Positions 9,413 to 16,473 of a stretch of DNA of 64,000 nucleotides are shown one piece after another. The notes beneath the pieces were generated by a model. The model was not told the origin of the DNA, ran no database searches, and saw nothing but the letters and a program-made list of their open reading frames with translations. Numbering within the stretch: position 1 is the stretch's first letter; every line of letters starts with the position of its first letter. The DNA lies in assembly GCA_024226535.1 (NCBI GenBank), contig JAAELP010000193.1:2706-66705 (forward strand), in the 5' to 3' direction. The stretch is from Planctomycetota bacterium. GTDB lineage: Bacteria > Planctomycetota > Phycisphaerae > Phycisphaerales > SM1A02. Position numbers and translations under genes: made by a program.

Positions 9413-9907
9413 TCAGGGGCACGGCCCCCATGCCGCGATGACCACGAGGATGTCCGCGAAGTCGACGGCGCCGTTGCCGTTGAGATCCTCGGGGCATCCT
9501 CCGCACGGTCCCCACGCCCCGATGTGCTGCCGCTGGCCGGCGCCGCTCGTGTCGCTCACGTGATCGAGCCTGACCCACGCCTCGATCGTGAAGCTCGCGT
9601 CGCCGAAGCTCAGAAGACCCGTCGGATCGACGACGTTGAAGCGGCCGCCCGACGCGGTGCTCTGCCAGTTCAGGTCGAGCGACTGCGTGTTCAGCGCGCC
9701 GGTGCCGGGCACGGGATCGACCGGGATCTCCGCGATCCGGAACGGCAGCGCGTTGAGCGTGCCGTCGAGACCGTTGGGCCCGCTGTCGACGACCGTCGTC
9801 CCGCCCGCGCCCTCGAAGCGCCAGTACGCCGTCTCGACGGCGTTCGCCGCGGTGGTGAGACCGCCGAGAACGATCGCGCCCGTCCCGATGACTGTCCAGA
9901 TACGCAT
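9413..9907 (-). CDS. mini family member: signal peptide + N-terminal half of the LamG domain fused directly to one dockerin-like repeat
   Basis: Track ORF, 164 aa. AYWRFEGAGG..FTIEAWVRLDHVSDTSGAGQRQ is followed immediately by HIGAWGPCGGCPEDLNGNGAVDFADILVVIAAWGPCP. Confidence 0.7.
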   Translation of the reverse strand: MRIWTVIGTGAIVLGGLTTAANAVETAYWRFEGAGGTTVVDSGPNGLDGTLNALPFRIAEIPVDPVPGTGALNTQSLDLNWQSTASGGRFNVVDPTGLLSFGDASFTIEAWVRLDHVSDTSGAGQRQHIGAWGPCGGCPEDLNGNGAVDFADILVVIAAWGPCP

Positions 9908-9935
9908 GCTGTTTCCCTCCTACCGCCAAGGCAGT

Positions 9936-10145
9936 TCAGCAGTCTCCCCACAACGACAGCAGCACGCCGATGTCGCTGATCCCGACGACGCCGTCGCCGT
10001 CGAGCTCCACCTGGATCACGTCGCCCCCAACGGCGACGTCGACGGCTCCCTGGACGGACGGAAAGTGATCCGGCACGATGATGGTCCCGGCCGTCGCGAC
10101 GTCGCAGACCGCGAGCAAGGCGAGTGATGAGATCATCCGTCTCAC
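9936..10145 (-). CDS. small secreted protein with a single degenerate dockerin-like C-terminus
   Basis: Track ORF, 69 aa. Leader MRRMISSLALLAVCDVATA; ends DGDGVVGISDIGVLLSLWGDC. Its GTG start overlaps the upstream GT2 stop by 4 nt (10142-10145), suggesting coupled translation. Confidence 0.5.
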   Translation of the reverse strand: MRRMISSLALLAVCDVATAGTIIVPDHFPSVQGAVDVAVGGDVIQVELDGDGVVGISDIGVLLSLWGDC

Positions 10146-11149
10146 GATTCACCTCCTGACACCTGGTGGGGCTCCTCCGCGCGCTTCCGAAGCAGGTACG
10201 CGAGCACGCCGTGCGTCATGCCGACGCCGCGCCAGACGGCGCGCACGGCGCTCATGCCGGCGAAGAGCACATGGCTCAGGCGCCCCGTGCGGCGCACGAT
10301 GGCGGTCGTCATGGGGATCTGCGTGACGAGCAGCAGGCCGAGGAGCACCACCGGCGTCCACCGCGCATACGGCACCACCGCCAGCGGCAGCGACGCGAGC
10401 AGGGCCATCGCGAGCATCGGCTGCACGTGATCGAGGGCGTTGCTGTACGAGTTGTGCCCCGCCCGACCCGGGTGCTCCAGGTGCAGCCAGACGCGCCAGT
10501 AGCCCTGTTGCCGCTGGGTCCTCAGGTACGAGCCGAGCCGCTGCTCGTGATAATGATCGACCCGGGAGCGCGCCTCGAAACGAAGACGGCCGCCGGCATC
10601 GCGGGCCCGGAACGACAACTCGGCGTCCTGGGCCTTCAGGTAGCGCTCGTCGAAGCCGTCGAGGTCCGCGAGCACCGAGCGCCGGTACAGCACGTTGAAC
10701 GTCGCGAGGAAGTCAACCTCCTCGCCCATGGCCAGGTGCCGCTGGACGATCTCCTCGTGGATGAGGCACGGGAGCAGGCTGTCCGCGTTCGCGTTGCCGT
10801 ACGTCCCGCTCACGGCGGCCACGTCCGGCGCCTCCAGGTGCCCGACGAGGTGCTCCAGGGCGTCGGGCGCCGCGACGCAGTCGGAGTCGACGAACCAGAC
10901 GAGGTCCCCGCGCGCCGCCCGCCAGCCGAGGTTCCGGGCGGAGCCCGCGCCGGACCCGGTTCCCGCGAGCACCGTCACCGGATGACGGCCCGCGATCGCC
11001 GCCGTGTCGTCGGTGGAGCCGTCGTCGACGAAGATGATCTCCTCCAGGGGCGATCCCGGCCGCGCGCCGATCGCGACGATCGCCGCGAGGCACGCCTCGA
11101 TCGTCGCGGCGCAGTTCCGTCCCGGGATGACGGCGCTCACCGTGCTCAT
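10142..11149 (-). CDS. family 2 glycosyltransferase with C-terminal membrane helices
   Basis: VIPGRNCAATIEACLAAI..IIFVDDGSTDDT..SARNLGW..WFVDSDC, followed by hydrophobic C-terminal spans. ATGA overlap with the upstream gene at 11146-11149. Confidence 0.85.
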   Translation of the reverse strand: MSTVSAVIPGRNCAATIEACLAAIVAIGARPGSPLEEIIFVDDGSTDDTAAIAGRHPVTVLAGTGSGAGSARNLGWRAARGDLVWFVDSDCVAAPDALEHLVGHLEAPDVAAVSGTYGNANADSLLPCLIHEEIVQRHLAMGEEVDFLATFNVLYRRSVLADLDGFDERYLKAQDAELSFRARDAGGRLRFEARSRVDHYHEQRLGSYLRTQRQQGYWRVWLHLEHPGRAGHNSYSNALDHVQPMLAMALLASLPLAVVPYARWTPVVLLGLLLVTQIPMTTAIVRRTGRLSHVLFAGMSAVRAVWRGVGMTHGVLAYLLRKRAEEPHQVSGGES

Positions 11150-13014
11150 TCCCGGACCTCCCTTCGGGCTTCCGACTCCTCGAGCCAGCGGCGTGCGCCG
11201 TCGTGCCCCGGGTCCGCGTCGAGCGCGCCGCGGTACGCGGCGGCGGCGGCGTCCATCCGGCCGAGCCGGAAGTGCGTGTTGCCGACGTTGTAGAGCGCCG
11301 ACGCGAGCAGGGCCTCGTCACGCGCGGCGCGGGCGAGCCGCGCGCCCTCCTCGAACGCCGGGATCGCCTCGTCGAAACGCTCCGCCTCCGTGAGGGCGTT
11401 GCCCAGCGCCAGGTAGGCCCCGGCGCTCGGCGCACGCTCGATAGCGCGCCGGTACGTCTCCACCGCGTCCTCCGGGCGCCCCGCCCGCCGGAGCGTGTCC
11501 GCCAGTTGGAGCAGCGCATCGGGACGCCGCAACTGCGGGGCGGCGACCTCCAGGTAGCGAAGCGCCTCGCCGAACCGGCCGGCCTCCGCGAGCGCGGATC
11601 CGTAGTTGAGCTCCGCGAGCGCGTCCCCCGGGCGCTCGGCCACGACCGCGCCGAGCACGTCGATCGCCTCGTCGATTCGCCCCGCCTCGTGCAGGGCGAC
11701 GCCGAGATTGACACGAGGCCGGCGGTGATGCGGCACCTGCTCGGCCGTCTTCGTCCAGAGCGCCAGCGGCGTGCGATAGTCGTGGTTGCGCACGATCGAG
11801 CGGGCCCCGAGGGCCGTCGTGGCCGCGACGAGGACCACCGCCCCGACGACCGCCGCCCGCGAGGGCCCGACCAGCCGCGGGGCCAACCACGTGAAGCCGG
11901 CGACCGCGAGCACCGCGAGCGCCGCCAGCGGCAGGTACATCCGGTGCTCGGCCGCGAGATCACGGATGGGCACGAAGCTCGAGGTCGGCGCGAGCCAGAT
12001 GAAGAACGCGGCTCCCGCGAAGGCGATCGGCCGACGGCGCCACGCGCCGACCACGGTCACCACGGCGGCGGCGGTGAGCAGCGCGCCGGGGATCACGACT
12101 TCGCGCGCCGTCGTCGCCGCCGGCCAGCCGGGGTCGATGCACAGCGAGCGGGGCCACGCCGCCAGCGCGACGTAGTGCACGATCACCCCCGCCTGCGTGA
12201 CGAAGTACTCCAGCGGCGTGACCTGCGCCACCCCGAAGCCCGCCGAGGGCGTTCCCGCGTCACCGGGCGCCCCGAAGATCGCCGCGAGCGTTCCGGTCGG
12301 AACCAGCACGAGCCACGTGCACGCGAGCGCCGCGTGGAGCGCGCCGCGCCGCCGCAGCGCCGCGCGCCACGACGACGAGACGACGATCCCGTCGAAGACC
12401 AGGGCGAGCACCGGCGCCACGACCATCGTCGGCTTGGCCCCCATGCCCAGCGCGCACGCGACGATCGCGACGGCCCACCACCGGGCCCCGCGCTCCGCGC
12501 GACCGGCGCGCAGCACCGCGTACAGCACGACGAACATGGCCAGCGCGGCCAGCACCTCCGACCGCTGGATCACGTAGGTCACCGACTCCGTCTGGAGCGG
12601 GTGCACGACCCACAGCAGCGCGGCGGCGAAGCCGATCGTGGTCGCGCCGCGCCGGCGGGCGACCACCCGGCGGACGAGGCCGAACAGCACGCAGGCGGCC
12701 GCGACGTGCAGGAGCACGTTCACCGCGTGGTAGCCGCGCGGGTCCAATCCCCCGAGTGCGTGGTTCGCCACGAGCGTCGCGGTCGTCACCGGGCGCCGAT
12801 CGCCGCGGAACAACTTTCGCAGGTCGCCCGACAGCTCGCCGGAGCGCTCGACGATCTGCGGCACGTCGTCGAAGACGAATGCCGCCGGAATCGCGTTGGC
12901 GTACACCGCCAGGCCGGCGACGACGATCACGACGTGCAGGATGAGGATCGATCGCCAGTCCCCGCGCCGGGGATCGCGGCCATCCCCCGGCATTGCCGGA
13001 GGCGCCTCGGTCAT
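11146..13014 (-). CDS. TMTC-like GT-C fold glycosyltransferase: multi-pass membrane domain + C-terminal TPR repeats
   Basis: YANAIPAAFVFDDVPQIV..RPVTTATLVANHALGGLDPRGYHAVNVLLH matches the FVFDD / RP..L / GYH..N..LH signature of TMTC (DUF1736) proteins. At least 9 hydrophobic spans. TPR-like C-terminus (NLGVALHEAGRIDEAIDVL.., YLALGNALTEAERFDEAIPAF.., LYNVGNTHFRLGRMDAAAAAYRGAL). Start moved to ATG 13014, which forms an ATGA overlap with the stop of 13011..14273. Track ORF extends to 13128. Confidence 0.8.
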   Translation of the reverse strand: MTEAPPAMPGDGRDPRRGDWRSILILHVVIVVAGLAVYANAIPAAFVFDDVPQIVERSGELSGDLRKLFRGDRRPVTTATLVANHALGGLDPRGYHAVNVLLHVAAACVLFGLVRRVVARRRGATTIGFAAALLWVVHPLQTESVTYVIQRSEVLAALAMFVVLYAVLRAGRAERGARWWAVAIVACALGMGAKPTMVVAPVLALVFDGIVVSSSWRAALRRRGALHAALACTWLVLVPTGTLAAIFGAPGDAGTPSAGFGVAQVTPLEYFVTQAGVIVHYVALAAWPRSLCIDPGWPAATTAREVVIPGALLTAAAVVTVVGAWRRRPIAFAGAAFFIWLAPTSSFVPIRDLAAEHRMYLPLAALAVLAVAGFTWLAPRLVGPSRAAVVGAVVLVAATTALGARSIVRNHDYRTPLALWTKTAEQVPHHRRPRVNLGVALHEAGRIDEAIDVLGAVVAERPGDALAELNYGSALAEAGRFGEALRYLEVAAPQLRRPDALLQLADTLRRAGRPEDAVETYRRAIERAPSAGAYLALGNALTEAERFDEAIPAFEEGARLARAARDEALLASALYNVGNTHFRLGRMDAAAAAYRGALDADPGHDGARRWLEESEARREVRE

Positions 13015-14273
13015 GACGGGGCCTCGGGGAGCGGGTACTCGTACGTGATCGTCGACGGCACGTACGGGAAGTCCATCCGCAGCCGGTACACGTCCATCCG
13101 ATCGGCGTCCCAGCCCAGCGACCCGCACACGTGGCGGACCATCTTCTCGTAGCGCGGCACGTCGCGCGTGCGCAGCACGCTCGGGCCCGACCCGAGGTAC
13201 TCGACCTGCTCGTGGATCGGCAGCCGATCGCGGTCCGACCGCAGCGTCGTGTACAGCGGGCGCCCGGCGAGCTCACCGTAGAGACGCGCCTGGGGCGCGA
13301 CGCGACCGTAGAGGTCCGCGGGCACCAGGTGGTCGAAGACCACGGTTCGACACGGCGTTCGTAGCTCGAGGTTCTGCGCGAGGATCCGGTTCGATTCGGC
13401 GCGATACCTCGGCATGACGGAACGCACGACCTCGCCGGTGAAGCACGTCACGGCGCCCTCGTTCCCCAGCGGCCCCGAGCCGACCTCGTCCTCCACGGTG
13501 CCGTCCTCAAGGATGCGCCTCTGCACTTCGGTCCGCGAGGTCGAGGAGAAATCGTGGAGGAGCGGGGCGCAGCCCGCCTTCGTGTCGTCGATCGCCTCGC
13601 GCTCGACGGGAATGGGCCGGCCGAGGTCGTCGGTCGGCCGCCAGCGCTCGATGACCCAGGAGCGGTCCGGGCGCAGGCGTCGCAAGCCCACGGACCCGAA
13701 GATCACGGCGGCGTCGAGCATGACGCCGTCCTGATTGGGGTTCACGATCACGGCGCGCATCATCGCGCGGGCCTGCACGCCCCAGATGAAGCTCGTCGCC
13801 TGGAAGCCGTCACGGCGATACAGGAGTTCGACGTCCCGGCCGTTCTCGGCCGCGAGCCCGGCGAGGATCATCTCGAACGTCTCCCGGTCACCGGCGTGCC
13901 GGGCGACGATCTCGTCGAGATTCGCCAGGGCCGTTCGGACCGCGGCCAGCCGCTCGGTCGAGACCCCGTGCCGCTTCGCGGCGGACAGGATCTTCTCGAC
14001 GGCGCCGGCACCCGGGATGCGCTGGAAGATCACGACCGGGTCGGTGCTCTCCATGATCTTGGCGAGCTTCCACGCGAGCGTCTTGTGGAGGCCGAGCGAC
14101 TTGGCGATCTCGTACGGCCGCTCGGTGGGCTCGGGCACGGTGCCGACCGCGTCCACGAACGCGTCCTGCACCCGCAGGAGGGCGTTGTGCGCCAAGGCCC
14201 CGACGCCCGCGTCGGCCGGGGTCGCGGGTCGGGATGGAATCGTCGAAGCCACGTCCCTCAACCCTATCCACAA
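13011..14273 (-). CDS. hypothetical protein, family not recognised (possible N-terminal HTH-like segment)
   Basis: Track ORF, 420 aa, with balanced, protein-like composition and no low complexity. ERPYEIAKSLGLHKTLAWKLAKIM looks helix-turn-helix-like. TTG start at 14273; alternative GTG at 14252. Confidence 0.65.
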   Translation of the reverse strand: MWIGLRDVASTIPSRPATPADAGVGALAHNALLRVQDAFVDAVGTVPEPTERPYEIAKSLGLHKTLAWKLAKIMESTDPVVIFQRIPGAGAVEKILSAAKRHGVSTERLAAVRTALANLDEIVARHAGDRETFEMILAGLAAENGRDVELLYRRDGFQATSFIWGVQARAMMRAVIVNPNQDGVMLDAAVIFGSVGLRRLRPDRSWVIERWRPTDDLGRPIPVEREAIDDTKAGCAPLLHDFSSTSRTEVQRRILEDGTVEDEVGSGPLGNEGAVTCFTGEVVRSVMPRYRAESNRILAQNLELRTPCRTVVFDHLVPADLYGRVAPQARLYGELAGRPLYTTLRSDRDRLPIHEQVEYLGSGPSVLRTRDVPRYEKMVRHVCGSLGWDADRMDVYRLRMDFPYVPSTITYEYPLPEAPS

Positions 14274-14354
14274 TCAGCCGCACCGAGAAGTAGGTAATCT
14301 GGGTTTTTGGAACCGCCCCCAAAAACGGTCTTGCCCAGTTCGACACCGGCCCGC

Positions 14355-15596
14355 TCACAGCCCGGGGAGGGCACCGGAACCCCCCGCCAGGCCCTCGTAG
14401 CGGGCCACCAGGACGTCGGCCAGCCTCTCCGTGTCGAACCGCTCGAGCGCCGCCGCCCGGCCCGCCGATCCGAGCCGGCCGGCGAGGTCGGCATCCTCGA
14501 GCCGGGCGATCCGCTCGGCCATCGCCTCGACGTCGTGCTCGTCGACCAGCCAGCCGGTGACGCCCTCGTCGACCTGGTGGGGAATGCCCGCGTGCCGGGT
14601 GGCCACGACCGGAAGCCCCGACGCCATCGCCTCCAGGATCACGGTGGGCGTGCCCTCCTCGTCGCCGTCCGACGCGCGGACGCTCGGGGCGATCAGCGCG
14701 TGCGCGCCGGCCATGAGCGCCGGCACGTCCTCGTGCCCGACGGCGCCGGCGAAGTGCACGGCATCGGCGATCCCCAGTTCGTCGGCGAGAGCGCGGAGTT
14801 CGCGGTCGAGCGGACCGTCGCCCGCGATGTGATAGGCGACGGGCAGCCCGCGGGCGCGGGCGAGGGCCACCGCGCGCAGCCCGTCGGCGAAGCCCTTCTT
14901 CTCGACGAGACGCCCCACCGACAGCAGTCTCAACGGTGGGCGCGGCGGCGCGTGCCCGGTGGGCGTGAAGCGCCGGCAGTCGACGGCGAGCGGGTGGACG
15001 TCGAGCTGCTCCGGCTTCGCCCCGAGCGCCTCGAGGCGGTCGCGCATCACCGGGTCGAGCGCCAGCACGAGCGCCGCGCGGTCGAACAGCCTGCGGTAGA
15101 CGTCGCCGCCGCGCTCCTGCGGGTACCGCGTCACGTCGTGCCCGTAGAACGTGGCCACGAGCGGTCCGCGCAGCACGCCCAACTCGTGCAGCATCGCCCC
15201 CGTGACCCCCGCCGGTCCGAAGTGACAGTGCACCGCGTCGAAGCGAGGTCGATCGAGCAGCGGCACCGCGGCGTGGAGAGCGGCGAAGGACAGCGCGTAC
15301 CGGCCGAACCGCAGCGGGTTCAGGGCCCGGCCGACGATCCGCGGGTGACACCAGGCGTGCCGAGCGGCGAGGGCCAGGCCGCTCAGGGTGCGGGGGAGCC
15401 GCGCCGTGGCGAGCGGCGGCTGCGGGCGCCAGTGCGACGCGAGACGCTCGCGGGCGGCGTCATCGACGGCCCCGGCCGGCGTCGGCGGGGCGAAGATGGC
15501 CAGCTCGTGCCCGCGCTCGAGCAGCCCCTCAAGCTGGCCGAGGACGTACGGCTGGTGGCGGCGGGGGAAGTCAGGGACGAGAATCGCGATCTTCAT
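14355..15596 (-). CDS. GT-B fold glycosyltransferase (GT4 family, WcaL-like)
   Basis: MKIAILVPDFPRRHQPYVLGQLEGLLERGHE at the N-terminus. C-terminal EEGTPTVILEAMASGLPVVATRHAGIPHQVDEGVTGWLVDE (E-x7-E region). Start moved to ATG 15596; track ORF begins at 15641. Confidence 0.85.
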   Translation of the reverse strand: MKIAILVPDFPRRHQPYVLGQLEGLLERGHELAIFAPPTPAGAVDDAARERLASHWRPQPPLATARLPRTLSGLALAARHAWCHPRIVGRALNPLRFGRYALSFAALHAAVPLLDRPRFDAVHCHFGPAGVTGAMLHELGVLRGPLVATFYGHDVTRYPQERGGDVYRRLFDRAALVLALDPVMRDRLEALGAKPEQLDVHPLAVDCRRFTPTGHAPPRPPLRLLSVGRLVEKKGFADGLRAVALARARGLPVAYHIAGDGPLDRELRALADELGIADAVHFAGAVGHEDVPALMAGAHALIAPSVRASDGDEEGTPTVILEAMASGLPVVATRHAGIPHQVDEGVTGWLVDEHDVEAMAERIARLEDADLAGRLGSAGRAAALERFDTERLADVLVARYEGLAGGSGALPGL

Positions 15597-15655
15597 CGGC
15601 CACGCCGCCCCGTCGATGACACCCGGAAGACACCACGCCACGCAGTGCCGGCCCC

Positions 15656-16468
15656 ATGACCCCCCCCATGACCCCCCCGATCATCATCACCGGAATGCAC
15701 CGCTCGGGCACATCGCTGCTGGCGAGCATGTTCTACCACGCGGGGCTCCATCTCGGTGACCGGCTGCTGCGCCCGGCTCGCGCCAATCCGCGAGGCTACT
15801 TCGAGGACGTGGAGTTCATCGCGTTCCACGACGACGTGCTGCGGCGTCTGGGAACGACGTTCTACCTGGAGCCCGAGCCGAACGGCCCGGTGCCGGCGCC
15901 CTGCCGCGAGCGCGCCGAGGAGATGATCGCCGCGCGGGACGACCGCCCGGCGTGGGGATGGAAGGACCCGCGCACCACGCTGTTCCTGGACTTCTGGCGC
16001 GAGCTGGTCCCGGACGCTCGTTTCGTCTTCGCGTACCGGAGCCCCGCGGAGGTCATCGATTCGCTTCGGCGCCGCGGAGACGCCGAGCTCCAGCGCCGAT
16101 ACCCGGGCGCGCCGTTCCTCGAGCGTTTCGGCGTCCCGCGGTACCGCACGCGTCGCGCGCTGGAGCTCTGGTGCTCGTACAACGAGCGCATCGTCTCGTT
16201 CGTCGAGCGGGATCGCGCGCGATGCCGCCTCGTGCGCTTCGACGCCCTCGCCGAGGTCGTCGGCCCCCTCGTCGACGAGCTCTGCGACGACGGAGTGCCC
16301 CTGCGCCGCGATGCCGACGTCGCGTCCGTCGTCGATCCGAAGCTGGGCGCCGTCGCGCCGCCGCCGGCACTGGCGCGGACCTGCGCCCGCGACCGCCGCG
16401 CGGCGGATCTCATGCGGCGGCTCGACGCCCTCATGGCGTCGACCGCGCCGGGGGGAGGCTCGGCATGA
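15656..16468 (+). CDS. sulfotransferase (Sulfotransfer_3-like)
   Basis: PAPS loop IIITGMHRSGTSLLASMF. Later FVFAYRSPAEVIDSL is a 3'-PB-like motif. Duplicated ATG-A-polyC start (see findings). Confidence 0.8.
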   Translation: MTPPMTPPIIITGMHRSGTSLLASMFYHAGLHLGDRLLRPARANPRGYFEDVEFIAFHDDVLRRLGTTFYLEPEPNGPVPAPCRERAEEMIAARDDRPAWGWKDPRTTLFLDFWRELVPDARFVFAYRSPAEVIDSLRRRGDAELQRRYPGAPFLERFGVPRYRTRRALELWCSYNERIVSFVERDRARCRLVRFDALAEVVGPLVDELCDDGVPLRRDADVASVVDPKLGAVAPPPALARTCARDRRAADLMRRLDALMASTAPGGGSA

Positions 16469-16473
16469 GCCGC

